Positions 1-12,900 of a stretch of DNA of 64,000 bases are shown piece by piece. Location: positions 558,001 through 622,000 of the forward strand of contig CM075997.1 in assembly GCA_038087875.1 (NCBI GenBank), given 5' to 3'. How positions within the stretch are numbered: position 1 is the stretch's first letter; each line of letters begins with the position of its first letter. The position numbers and the translations under genes were made by a program. Source of the DNA: Malacoraja senta (Eukaryota). The notes below the pieces were generated by a model that was not told the DNA's origin, searched no databases, and saw nothing but the letters and a program-made list of their open reading frames with translations.

Positions 1-1
1 C

Positions 2-769
2 AAGGGCCACGCTTTCTGCCAGGATTTGAAGAATAATAACTCCAGGCCACCCGCTGGCTTAAAGCAAACTCATTTAAACCCAGCATCGCCGTCCAAGAGG
101 AAAGAAACCTTGAGCAGTGAATCCACAGACACTCACGAGAAGCCTGACCTTAAGAGGACTTCTGTCAATCTGGACCTGCCGTCCGCAGTGGAGGTTGTCC
201 ATTGTACTGCTGGCACCGATCTGACCCATGGTCTACCAGCTCATGAGGACAGGCCCTTTGATGTACCTCAGCAGCTTGGAAGGCCTGACCAACAGCCACC
301 TTTGGAACCAGCAGATTATAAAGCCTTTGCTGGAGGGACGTTGATAGGGACTGACTTAATTCACGGGTTGCCAGCTGAAGAACAGAAGCCCAGGTCCAGG
401 CTGGTGTCTCCAATAAAATGTTCCTTTCTCACCTGTGAGCCGCCATCGTCCCAGTTAAGGCAAAGGAGCTCTCCACAATCCATAGTGAAATCAGACAACT
501 TCTCTTCACCGGCACCGACCTGTTGTGATTACCTTTACCGGAGAGGTGGCTCCGACACAGCGATGACGGCAGACTTGACCTCTAGTCTTCCCACCAGCCC
601 CAGTGTAGGCGTGCCGTTAATCTCCGTCATTGAGGACACCTCTGGAAGACTAGCCGAGGCCAGCCACCTCTCACCCTCAAACTGTTGTATCAGCCACAGT
701 GTGAACTCCAAGAGGCAGACAAATAAGGCCGAGGCTAGAGACTTTCCGTACAAAAAGTCAGCTCTATAA
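2..769 (+). CDS. BTBD7: BTBD7-like, last coding exon (5' part lies outside the window)
   Basis: Open frame from the window start to TAA at 767-769. The C-terminus RDFPYKKSAL resembles human BTBD7 PDFLYKKSAL. QDLKNNNSRPPAGLK..SPSKRKE and GTDLTHGL resemble BTBD7 PDLYSHNKASPSGLK..SPKKQEE and ETDLTFGL. It lies upstream of an ITPK1-like gene on the same strand, as in human. Confidence 0.8.
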   Translation, partial: KGHAFCQDLKNNNSRPPAGLKQTHLNPASPSKRKETLSSESTDTHEKPDLKRTSVNLDLPSAVEVVHCTAGTDLTHGLPAHEDRPFDVPQQLGRPDQQPPLEPADYKAFAGGTLIGTDLIHGLPAEEQKPRSRLVSPIKCSFLTCEPPSSQLRQRSSPQSIVKSDNFSSPAPTCCDYLYRRGGSDTAMTADLTSSLPTSPSVGVPLISVIEDTSGRLAEASHLSPSNCCISHSVNSKRQTNKAEARDFPYKKSAL

Positions 770-779
770 ATCTGGTATT

Positions 780-1185
780 TGTTATTTCCCTTCTGTTTTG
801 CATCTTGTTTTTCTCTCTATCTTCCTTTCTCTCTCTTCCCCTCATTCCTCTTTCTTTCCTCGTCATTTCTCATTTTCCTCCTTTTTCTTTCCTTTCTCTC
901 CCTTTTTTCTTTCTCACCTTGTTTTTCTCTTTCATGCTTTCCTCCCTTCTTTCCGTCTTCCCCACGTTCCTCCCTTTTCTCCTTCTCCCCCTCCCCCCTT
1001 CTCTTTCCCCCTTCTCTTTCCCCCATTCTCGTTCCCTCCTCTTTCTCTTTCTCTCTCCCTCTCTTTCTCTTTTTTCTTTCTCTCTCTCCCTCTCTTTCTC
1101 TTTGTTTATTTCTCTCTCTCTTTCTCTTTCTTTCTCTCTCTCTCTCTCTCTCTCTCGTGCTTTCCTCCAATTTTCTCTTTTCCAA
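780..1185. repeat. Polypyrimidine / (CT)n low-complexity tract just after the BTBD7-like stop
   Basis: About 400 nt of almost only C and T, with a (TC)n run near 1130-1156. Confidence 0.9.
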
Positions 1186-2644
1186 AGGGTGCCCATTAAA
1201 CAAAAAATCTGTGGTGCGATGGAAGTTCTTGCGTGACTGTTGGTCAGATTTAGCCAGCTGACGTCACTGACTGTATTGCCCATGTCCTGTAATGTTTGGG
1301 TCAGAAGGAATATCAGCAATATGAGAAGTCATTGGAGATGAGAGAGTCTACGAGCAATACAAACCGTTATTGCATTTGGGTTTGCAGTAGCATAATCTTG
1401 CTTTGTGCTTGTATTTCTCCGCCTGTGATGGGCAGGGAGAAGGGGGGCCGCGAGGGATGATTCAAGGGAAAACTCTTTTACCCATTTCACCATCATTGTT
1501 TGAGATGATTTCAACGGTGCTTTATTGGCCTTGTGTCCTGCAGTTCGATGGTTCAAGGCATGATTGCCACATACTGGATGATGTTGAGTGGGAGTAAGAG
1601 GTCCCATGTTCTGTGTAAGGTTAAATAAAGGCAACAGTTGAAGATGAAAAAAAAAATTAGGCAAAAGCACAAAGGAACCAAAAATTTAATATTTTGGGAA
1701 TGTTTGGATTGGAAGTTTTATTTTTCTTTGATTCAGAAATCATGACTAGAATCACTTTTTTTTGCTTCCGTTGAATTAGTGTTCTGAATGAGATGAAGCG
1801 GATGGATATTTGTGTTGTCAGCACTTGCCTTCCTGCATGGAATCACAAGAATTGGCTCCCCTAATGACTGCTTGCTGCCCACTGTGGAAATGGGCTCATG
1901 CAAGTAAGATGCATCTCGTGCTTGGCTCCCGCTGTGATATGAACAGTATCCACTTGGATACTTCAGTCTGAAGAAGGGTCTCGACCCGAAAGGTCACCCA
2001 TTCCTTTTCTCCAGAGATGCTGCCTGTCCCACTGAGTTACTCCCAACATTTTGTGTCTATCTCTTCAGTATCCACTTGGATGCGTGGACACTGCTGGAAG
2101 GATTGATCGCGATCCCCACACCCGTCCAATTTGGCAGCAATACAACCTATTCCTTGTACTGTCTGTGAATATACATCCACCAGGGTGTGCCCACGCATAC
2201 CTTTGAATCTCCTCAGCAATGCAACCAAATAACCTCCTTCTGACTTGGCCAGTGGGCCCTTCTGAAGTTGACTGGGAAGATGAAGAGCTCTGAAGGAGAT
2301 CAGAGTTGCTCCCTCGTCCCCATCAGATTACTCCAGTGGATGGAGGCACAGGAAGAAATATAAGGGGAGTAAATATCTTCGAGTCGAGAAATTGGCTTCT
2401 CATTTCATCAACGGTATTCTGCAGCCACCGAGGCTGCAAATGTTTTCACAAGTAAAATCATGTAGTCTTTAAATCTGGAGCTTGCACAAAACTTTCTGGA
2501 ACTTTTGCTGAATCAGCCTGCACTGTATGTAGAACTCTTCCACTGACGTACCTGGAAAATTGCCCATGCACCTTAACTTGTGGGTGACGTCCCTTGGCCT
2601 AGGTATTTCTGAAAGATCTGGGCTATGGATGGGTAATGTGAGAA

Positions 2645-2876
2645 ATTGAGGGGGAGGGGGGGGGTGGATAGAGAGGATTGTGTGGAAGGGAGCGAATTAG
2701 GTGACAACAGGGCTGTTTTGTTGCATGGTAATTATGAGACCAGCGGCAGCACCTATAGGTGTGAGGGGATTTCCAGTCCTGCCATTGGTCTCATAACTAA
2801 CATGCAATGAAACAGCACTGTTGTCACCTAATTCGCTCTCTCCGCACAATCCTCTCTATCCTTCCCCCCTCAGTTG
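2645..2876. repeat. Long imperfect inverted repeat (about 90-100 bp arms, about 30 nt loop)
   Basis: GGATAGAGAGGATTGTG..GCGAATTAGGTGACAACAG..TATGAGACCA is mirrored by TGGTCTCATA..CTGTTGTCACCTAATTCGC..CACAATCCTCTCTATCC. Confidence 0.9.
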
Positions 2877-4009
2877 TCTGGGTCTCATCTTCATGAGGTC
2901 CTTTACTCACGACCTTTACTGTCTTAAGTTGCTTCTAAACTGCTTTAAAGAGGCTGTTTCTATTTAGGCATCTTGAAGTTAAAATTATGTTTTGAATATA
3001 TTTTTATATGATATATTGACTGTGCATCTACTAGTTGTATCACCTCTTTGGAAAAAACATTTAGTCTGTTCGAACCCCTCAGCCTCTGGTTTAATCATAC
3101 TTGAACTGATCATTGAAATCATGAAGGTAGACAAAAATGCTGGGAAACTCAGCGGGTGAGGCAGCATCTATGGAGCGAAGGAATAGGTGACCCGAAACGA
3201 CACCCATTCATTCTATCCGTAGATGCTGCCTCACCTGCTGAGTTTCTCCAGCATTTTTGTCTACCTTCAATTTTTCCAGCATCTGCAGTTCCTTCTTAAA
3301 CATTGAAATCATGATTTTTTGTTGTTTTGGGTGTATTTAATAAAAAAAGATTTGTTTTGCAACTCGCTGGAGAGCCAGGGTTTTGTTCTGAGGCAGACAC
3401 TGCTGTAGCACCAGCCGAAGCTCAAAATGAAATCCATTAACTGATCAATGGAATGCCTCTAGTGCCATTGCAAGTATTAAATGCCTGATCTCAATTGACT
3501 ATTGTTAATCATCTTGGAAGGAAATAATTTGGAAGGGAATGAAGCAAGAATGTAATCATGACAGGCAGGGAAAGGTTTTGCCAAGACCAAGAATGGGGAC
3601 AGTGAAGGGAGATGGATAATCACTTGAACAATGAGATTTGCTTTGCTAATTCATCAATACCCTAGACCAATATCCCCGTGAAACTGGAAAGCACATGGGA
3701 AGGTGGAATGGGGGAAGGAACATTTTCCTTCGCTGGTGCTTGAGAGACGAGGGGTAATAATCTAATCCGCCTAAATTTCTAATCCAACAATCCTCCTCTC
3801 CAGTTAATTTCCATGTGTAAAAGCTGTGCATTGTGTGCAGTGCTAGCGGTTTCTAGCCGTTGGCTTGAAGTTGTGCAGCTGGGGGATTCTCTACCTCTGA
3901 AACTTTGGGAAGAGCTTCTCCACAAGGTCATTGATTGGATCCTTTGCCAGTCATTTGTTGACGTTAGTTGCCACCCCATGGGAGCCCTGTCACTGACCAC
4001 AAGTTCACA

Positions 4010-4441
4010 AGTTATAGGAGTAGAATTAGGCCATTCGGCCCATCGAGTCTACTCCGCCATTCAATCATGGCTGATCTCTGCCTCCTAATCCCATTTTCCT
4101 GCCATCTCCCCATAACCCTTGACACCTGTTCTAATCAAGAATGTGTCTATCTCTGCCATAAAGATATCCACGGACTTGGCCTCCACAGCCCTCTGTGGCA
4201 ATGAGTTCCACAGATTCACCACCCTCTGACTAAAGAAATTCCTCCTCACCTCCTTTCTAAAAGAGCCCTTTAATTCTGAGGCTTTGACCTCTGGTCCTAG
4301 ACTCTCCCACTAGTGGAAACATCCTTTCCACATCCACTCTATCTATGCTCTTCAGTATTCGGTAAGTTTCAATGAGGTCCCCCCTCAACCTTCTAAATTC
4401 CAGCGAGTAAAGGCCCACTGCCGTCAAACGCTCATCATATG
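4010..4441 (-). mobile_element. CR1/HER1-type LINE 3' fragment
   Basis: The minus strand encodes [33 protein letters not shown] (CR1 ORF2 C-terminus), followed by the typical 3' UTR. Confidence 0.85.
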
Positions 4442-5987
4442 CTGTCAATGATACATCTCCTTTCCTCATGTACCTTGTGTTTGCCCATACAAACATAAAT
4501 CACAGACCTTCTCATCGTCATAGTCAAACGCGTCTCACTTGTTTTCTTACCTCCTCTGCCCATTCAGTCAGCATGTTCTTCTGCCTAACCATCATCCACT
4601 CACTAAATAAGTCATGTATAAATGCCAGTATTATTTTCAACTTTGCTTTCCTCCATGTTTCTCTGAAATCCACCAGGCTAAGATCTTTCTCTTTGCCACT
4701 AGATCCTTGAGTGAGTTTTATTTTTTTCCACATCTCTATTTAAAAACATTTTTTTTTTTTTGGCAAAGCAGAAAACTTGTATCAGAGTTTTCTAATTGGC
4801 AAAACCAAATGTCGCCCCAGGTGGAGTTGGTGTGTTTCGGTCAAGAATATACAACCTTTCCTGCTGCACATCAAAGGCCAGCCACACAGAGGTAGTCAGT
4901 CCATCTCAACTCCTCGATCTGAGCCAAACACACAATGCTGGAGGTACTCAGCAGGTCAGGCAGCATCAGTGTGGAGGGAATGGACAGGTGACGTTTGGGT
5001 CGTAACCCTTCAATCCGATGTAGCATCCTGACCTGAAACGTCATCTGTCCACAACCCTCCGACCTGACTCACTGACTTCCACCAGCAGTTTGAGTTTTAC
5101 TTGAGCTTCCAGCATCTTCACTTTCTTGTGCCTCCACTTAACTCAGCTTGATATTGAAATGGATCTTCAAAGATTTCCATCTTCCTCAATTATCTTACCA
5201 AGAGCTCAATTTTACATTGGAATAAATTCTTCCTTGTGATAGTGCCAAAGTCATATTTACTTACCTCTTCCAAAATCTGCTTTCACAGTGTATGTACGTC
5301 AGCATGTCTAACTTTTCTGAGGGTTAATTCTAAACTGAAAACTGAAACCAGTTTTAATCAAGACTTTGGGAGGGGAGTTGATGAGATCTGGGTATCGGGC
5401 AAAAGATTTGAAGGGTATGGTGGAGTTTGGATATCCCACTTGTATTCCTTGAGGCAACATGTCAAACTTGCCTTGGTAACAACCCATTGGCTTTGCAAGA
5501 TGAGTTGGTTTGTGCTGTTAATATAGATAATCTGTCTTGTGTCGATAACGCACTCTGGCTTTGATAAGGAAAATGTGGTTTACATTCAGTGTGACTCCTG
5601 AACTTATCATGAGCTTGAGGGAAAGCAAAAAAAACATATTGTGGCCTTTTAAATTAGTTCATGTTTGGTGTTATGGAATGGACTTCACAACGGCAGCATG
5701 GGATCCCGTAGATTGTAATTGTCTTGAATTGTGATCTTGTTTGCCCGAGTTGATTATTTTTCACTTTTTGAACACTGTGAAACTGCATTATGAGAGCATT
5801 ACATACACTATGTTTCAGATTAGTTGTTGTACTCCTCTCTTTCCTCCCCTCCCCCTTCATTCTCTCCCTTAACTTCCAAGTTAACCTGCTTATCTGGCGG
5901 CAAGACTCAAACTGGGGGTGGGCTAGAGTTCCCGTTCCTCTCCGGTGGTAGAGGTGAAGCTAGGGTCACTTCAAAGCAGAATAGTTC

Positions 5988-6627
5988 ATAAATCATGGGA
6001 GCAGAAGTAGGCCATTTGGCCCATCGAGTCTACTCCGCCATTGAAACATGACTGATCTATCTTTCCGTCTCCACCCCATTCTCCTGCCTTTGCCCCATCA
6101 CCCTTGACACCCTTACCAATCAAGTCTTTTTCTTGCGTATGGCGTGCGCGGCCTAAAGTTGTGGGTCAACTTCTTCTATTTGATCTTGTTTGTGCACGTC
6201 AGGTTGATTGCGTTAGTCGAAACAGGGTGGACCATGTGAAGGTTGCAATCTATTGCCCCACCAATCGAGTATTGGTCAATCTCCGCCTTAAAAATGCCAA
6301 ATGACGTAACGTCCACAGCCTTCTGTGGCAATCAATTCCACAGATTCACCACCCTCTGACTAAAAAAATTCCTCCTCCTTCTTAAAGGTACGTCCTTTTA
6401 TTCTGAGGCTATGGCTTCTGGTTCTAGACTCTCCCACTAGTGGAAACATCCTCTCCACATCCACTCTATTTGGGCCTTTCGCTACTCAGTACGTTTCAAT
6501 GAGGTCCCCCCTCAACCTTCTAAACTCCAGCGAGTTCAGGCCCAGTGCTGTCAAACGCTCATCATATGTTAACCCAGTCATCCCAGGGATAATTCTCAAA
6601 AACCTCCTCTGGACCCTCTCCAATGCA
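5988..6627 (-). mobile_element. CR1/HER1-type LINE 3' fragment interrupted by a short retroposed element
   Basis: Same family as 4010-4441, with an insertion at 6126-6259. Confidence 0.8.
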
Positions 6628-9065
6628 ATTAATAGAATGCTGTGGTTACTCCCAGGGAAATAGGGGGTATTTCAAAACATTTAAACCATATAAAAATAGG
6701 GAAGTCACATTGAAACTTTATAACGCAATAATCCATCTGTAACCAGAATACTGTTTGATTTTTGTCCTCCACAGTAGAGGAAGGATGTAAAGGCATTTGA
6801 GTCCAAAAGGTTTTGTGAAAGAGGTTATTGAAATATGCTTCTACTTCAAGGATAGATATATGCAGCTATAACAACTTTCTACGGGGAGTCGTATGTAAGA
6901 TGATGAGGGGTCTGAACAGAGTGGACAGGGGGGAGCCAGTTCATTGTGGTGGAGGGGTCAGAGACCAGAGGTCACAGATATAAAATAAAAAGGAAGAGAA
7001 TTAAGAATGAGAAGAGCTTTTAAGCAGTGCAGTCTAAAGAGTAATGTGTGGATACGGTTGAGGCAGGTTAAGGGATATGGGGAGAAGGCAGGAATGGGGT
7101 ACTGATTGTGGATGATCAGCCATGATCACATTGAATGGCGGTGCTGGCTCGAAGGGCCGAATGGCCTACTCCGGCACCTATTGTCTATTCTATTGTGGCT
7201 ATGGAGAGGAGATGCAGTAGTTAAAATGTGCTTCGGAAAAAGGACTAAGTAATATAGAGAATTGCTCCGTTAGAGGTGTGATGGCCTGCACTACCCCTTG
7301 TGCTGCCATCGTTCCGTGGAATACTTTCAGGTGGCCTTGTCTGTCACTTAACCTGTTCACTGCCAGGTGTGTTTTTTTCCTCTCACTATTGGCCGTGACC
7401 CGAGTATGCTTGGGGTGGCACTGAACAGGTTAATGCATTGATTCACACCAGTGTCGAGAGGAGTGGAGGAGTGGTTTCTCGTTGGTGTGATCCAAGCTGA
7501 GCAATGACAGAAGGAACGGTTCAGTTACCGCGTGACTCGAACTAACGCAAGTTCTCAAGTCCATAAGTTATAGGAGCGGAATTAGGCCAATCGGCCCATC
7601 AAGTCTACTCCACCATTCAATCATGGCCGATCTATCTCTCCCTCCTAACCCCATTCTCCTGCCTCCTCCCCATAACCGCTGACACCCCTACTAATCAATC
7701 TGCCAATCTCCTCCTTAAAAAATATATATATAAGCTCCGTCTCATTCAATACCTGAAGCCCATTCCACCAGTCCGTTCCATCATGGTGAATATGTCATCA
7801 TTGTGAGGATTGGGATTGATGTCATTGTCTTTGGGTCTCCTTCACCTCTATCATGCCAGTGGTCAGCAGGCTATTAAATAGCAGTGGGTGGGCGTCACTG
7901 AAAGTGGAGGCAGAAATATCCCCCCCCCCCCCCCCCACCACCACTTTAACCCAGTTCTCCTGTCACAAAGACCAATTGACTTTAGCATGCCCCAACGATC
8001 ATGCCAAAGGCTCATCAGACCCACATGTGGAGAGGAGAGATTGAACGGAAGGAGAATTCGTGTTTAGTGCAAGATAATCATGTCTCGTGCAAGATAATCA
8101 TGTCTCATGACCATCCTACCACAAACTAGAGAGCGGTCCTGAACTACGATCTACCACATGCGAGACCGCCCAGACTATCTTTGATCGGACTTTATCTTGC
8201 ACTAAACGTGATTCACGTTATTCCCTTTATCCTGTGTCTGTCCACTGTGGACGGATCGATTGTAATCATGTATTGTCTTTCCGCTGACTGGTTAGCACGC
8301 AACAAAAACCTTTCACTGTAGCTCGGTACAGGTGACAATAAATTACACTGTTAGCTATCTAACTCTGTGAGCAAGATGGCATCTGAAAATCATCAAAGTC
8401 TTTATTTTACCCCCGTTCCTTCGTCATGCATTGCCAGAACCTGCAGACCATTTTGTTCCTTTGCCTGCAGAGCAGTCGCACGTTCTTGCACAACTAGCCA
8501 CCTACTTTCAGTATTGAGCACTTGGCTGATCTTAAAGTTGCCCATTGGCCTACAAGCAGCCATTTACAATTGTCCCGGGCTACATTAACGGTACGGTTCC
8601 ATTACAATCAAACAGGGAAGGTGTCAAGGCAAGTCGTTAATCGATTTCCATCGATTTTGCCAGTGCCATGCCCTTATTATTTTACTTTAAAATAAAGTTT
8701 ACCATCTAATCTATATGTTAATGTCTGAATCACAGCACATGTATGCCATTATATATACTGAGCGTCATAGCTTTGTAAATTTCCCCATGTGTATAATATG
8801 TGTTTCTTCTAAATCTATTTTTCTACAATAGTAGATGTGTCCATTGTCAATTAGGGGAAATAACAGAAACTGATTTTTTTTCCCATCCAAATAGTAAGTT
8901 ATTTATGTACTATAGTTGCTTGAATCTTTCTAATGTCAAAGATAATAAATGTATGAAAACTCTATTGACAGCTTGTGCGTGTCTTATTTTGAACCGATGG
9001 GCGGCATGGTGGTGCAGTGGTAGAGTTGCTGCCCAACAGCGTCAGAGTCCCGGGTTCCATCCCTG

Positions 9066-9932
9066 CTATAAGGCTGCAGCGTGACTCGGATAGGTTGGAT
9101 GAGTGGGCAGATGCATGGCAGGTGCAGTATAATGTGGATAAATGTGAGGTTATCCACTTTGGTGGCAAGAACAGGAAGGTAGATTATTATCTGAATGGTG
9201 TCAGATTAGGAAAAAGGGAGGTGCAACGAGACCTGGGTGTGCTTGTACATCAGCCACTGAAAGTAAGCATGCAGGTACAGCAGGCAGTGAAGAAAGCTAA
9301 TGGCATGTTGGCCTTCATCGCGAGAGGATTTGAGTTTAGGAGCAAGGAGGTCCTACTGGAGTTGTACAGGGCTCTGGTGAGACCGCACCTGCAGTATTGT
9401 ATGCAGTTTTGGTCTCCTAATTTGAGGAAGGACATTCTTGCTATTGAGGGAGTGCAGCGTAGGTTCACCAGCTTAATTCCCAGGATGGCGGGACTGACAT
9501 ATGATGAAAGAATGGGTCGACTGGGCTTGTATTCATTGGAATTTAGAAGGATGAGAGGGAATCTTATAGAAACATATAACATTTGTAAAGGATTGGACAG
9601 GCTAGATGCAGGAAAAATGTACCTGATGTTGGGGGAGTCCAGAACCAGGGGGTCACAGTTTAAGAATAAGGGGTCGTCATTTAGGGCTGAGATGAGGAAA
9701 AACTTCTTCCCCAGAGAGTTGTAAATCTGTGGAATTCTCTGCCACAGAAGTCAGTGGAGGCCAATTCACTGGATGTTTTCAAGAGAGAGTTAGATTTAGC
9801 TCTTAGGGCTAAAGAAATCGAGGGATATGGGGAAAAAGCAGGAACAGGGTACTGATTTTAGATGATCAGCCATGATCATATTGAATGGCGATGCTGGCTC
9901 GAAGAACCGAATGGTCCTGCACCTATTTTTCT
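9066..9932 (+). mobile_element. CR1/HER1-type LINE 3' fragment (end of RT) nested in a V-SINE
   Basis: ORF 9017-9724 reads [61 protein letters not shown]. The SINE head is at 8999-9060 and the SINE body resumes at about 9935-10180. Confidence 0.92.
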
Positions 9933-12900
9933 ATGATTCTGACTATGGGTGCTGTCTGTACGGAGTTTGCACGTTCTCCCCGTGACCTGCGTGAGTTTCT
10001 TGCGAGACCTTCGGTTTCCTCCCACACTCCAAAGACGTACAAGTTTGTAGGTCAATTGGCCTGGTGTAACTGTAATTTGATCCTCGTGTGTGTAGGATAA
10101 TGTTAACGTGTGGGGATCGCTGGTCTGCGCAGACTCAGTGGGCCGAAGGGCCTGTTTCTGTGCTGTATCTCTAAACTAACCTTCCCAGTGTAATGGCTAC
10201 TGGATGTAGCCATGGGTAGTCCTGAACTCCTGCTGCAAGAAGTTGAATCTTATTCATTCTAACACAAGGCCGTTTGGCCCATCTAGTCTACGTCGGCTCC
10301 CAGGAGAGAAATCCCATTCATAGAGTCACACAGGGTGGAAGCCGGCCCTTTGGCCTAGGTTGCCCACACCGACCTACATGTCCCATCTACACTAGTCTCA
10401 CCTGCCTGTTTTTGGCCCATATCCCTCCAAACCTGTCCTATCCATGTACCTGTCTAATTGCTTCTTAAATGTTGGGATAGTCCCTGCCTCATGTACCTCC
10501 TCTGGCAGCTTGTTCCATACAACTTTGTGTGAAAAAGTTACCCCTCAGATTCCCATTAAATCTTTTCCCCTTCACCTTGAACCTATGACCTCTGGTCATC
10601 TATTCCTGTACTCTGGGCAAGAGACTCTGTGCATCTACCCCATCTATTCCTCTCATGATTTTATACACTTCTATAAGATCACCCCTCAACCCCATGAAAA
10701 GAAATGAGAGACTTGGATGTTCATTTCAACATCGCTACTACGGAATGAATCGAGGCCAGACGACTAAGAAAATGGTGGAAATACTCAGCAAGTCGGGCAG
10801 TAATGATGGAACGTGAATGAATCAGCCTTTCAGGTCAGTGTCCTTTTTATTGACATAAATGGCAGAAAAATGAAATTTTACACGCCTCATTGGAGACCCT
10901 CGGGCTGTATTTAATCAGATTCCGGACTTGCATTAAATGTTATTCCCTTTATGCTGTATCTGTACACAGCGAACGGCTTGATTGTAATCCTGTACAGTCT
11001 TTCTGCTAACTGGATAGCACGCAACTTTTCACTCTGCCTCAGTGCATGTGACAATAAATGGAACCAATCTACTCCGTCAGTCAGAAGAATGGTCCCGACC
11101 CGAAATGTCTTCTGTCCTTTTCTCTCCACTGATGCTGTTGGACCTGCTGAGTTTCTCCAGCACTTTTTTGCTCGAGATTCCAGCATCTGCCATATCTTGT
11201 GTCAACCTATCATCTCCACTCTGATTTAGAATAACCTTGTCAATGTACAGTATAGAAACATAGAAAATAGGTGCAGGAGTAGGCCATTCGGCCCTTCGAG
11301 CCTGCACCGCCATTCAATACGATCATGGCTGAATTTACTATGAATTTGTCTGATTGTTTATTTCTGTACTCATGTCTTGGTTTCTTTTGCAAGGTCTTTT
11401 TGAGTTTGAGTTTATGAGTTTATTGGCCAAGTATGTACACATACAAGGAATTTGCCTTGCTGCTCCGCTCGCAAGTAACAACACGATATACAGTGAACCA
11501 TTAAGAATAAAACATTAAAACATTAAGATTAAAACATTAGTTTAAACATGTGAATGAAATAGAATACCAGAGCAAAGGGAGGCTCCAGAGATGCTGTCTG
11601 ACCCGTTGAGTTACTCCATCTTGTTGTGTCTGTATCTTCTGTATAATAAGGAGATATTGGAAACGTGAGTAAAGTCCTGAAGAGGGTGGCAAGTTTGCAG
11701 AGGGTCTGTCAGTGTATTTAGTGAAGGGATTCCAAAACATGGGGCCCTAACATCAGAAACACTGCTGCCTGTGTTAGAGCTATTAAATGGGAGTGCCTGA
11801 ATCTGCCGCGATTAGTGTGGGTTATAGATCTGGGAAAGGTCACGGAGAGGGAGTGGTGATGCAATAAAATAACTGTGGCAGTAACTAGCACCTAGAGATT
11901 ACTAATTGGTGGAAAGCCATCGGTGAAGGTTAGAATGCATACAGCAATAAACCTGAAGATAGTCACAAAGTACTGGAGTAACTCAGCGGGTCAGGCAGCA
12001 TCTGCGGAGAAAAAGGATGGGTGACGTTCGGGTCGGGGCCCTTCTTCAGACCTTCTTGACAATAAACTCGACCTGATATCCGTGTAGTGGTAAAGGTGTC
12101 TGAATTGTAGCTGATTTAGTTTAGAGATACAGTCCACTGTAGAGGACTTCGGCCCACCAAGTCCACAGCTGACCAACCATCACCATGTATACTAACATTA
12201 TCCAACACACATTGTCAGGAACAACTTACAATTTTACCAAGCCAATCAACTTATTCACCTGTCTTTGGAGTGTTAGAGGAAACTGGAGCACTTCTCTGGA
12301 AACTTTCAAGAGAGAGCTGGATAGGGCTCTGGAAGATAGCGGAGTCGGGATATGGGAGAAGCAGGAAGGGGTACTGATTGAGGATGATCAGCCATGATCA
12401 CATTGAATGGCGGTGCTGGCTCGAATTGTCTATTGGATTAAAACCCACGCAGGTCACGGGGAGTACGTACAAACTCTGTTCAGACAGCACGCGTAGTCAG
12501 GATCGAACCCGGGTCTCTGGCGCTGTAAAAGGCAGCAACTCTACTGCTGTGCCACCATGCAGCCCTCAACTCTTGTTAACTCTTCCTTCTGCCACACTGG
12601 GCAGTGTCTCACTTATTTTTACATGGGATGTAGAAGTTGCTGACAAGATCACCGCTTACTGTCCACCAGGAGTTCCTGTGGAACCGAGCTATTTGCATGT
12701 GCCAAAACACAATGTGCTGGAAGATCGCAGCAGATCAGGCAGCATCTGTGGAAGGTGTGTGCAGAGAGGAACTGTAGATGCTGGTTCATACCAAAGATCA
12801 ACACAAAGTTACTCCAGCATTTTGTTTATCTTCAGTGTAAACCAGCATCTGCAGTTCCTTCTGAAGAAGGGTCTCGACCACAAACGTTATCCATTCCTTC

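Noticed and set aside
779..1319. Several 130-160-aa ORFs
   Set aside because: Artefacts of the polypyrimidine tract. The same applies to the ORFs over the (GA)n tracts at 38325-39375.
9017..9724. 235-aa ORF as a host gene
   Set aside because: It is a truncated CR1 ORF2 fragment fused to SINE sequence.
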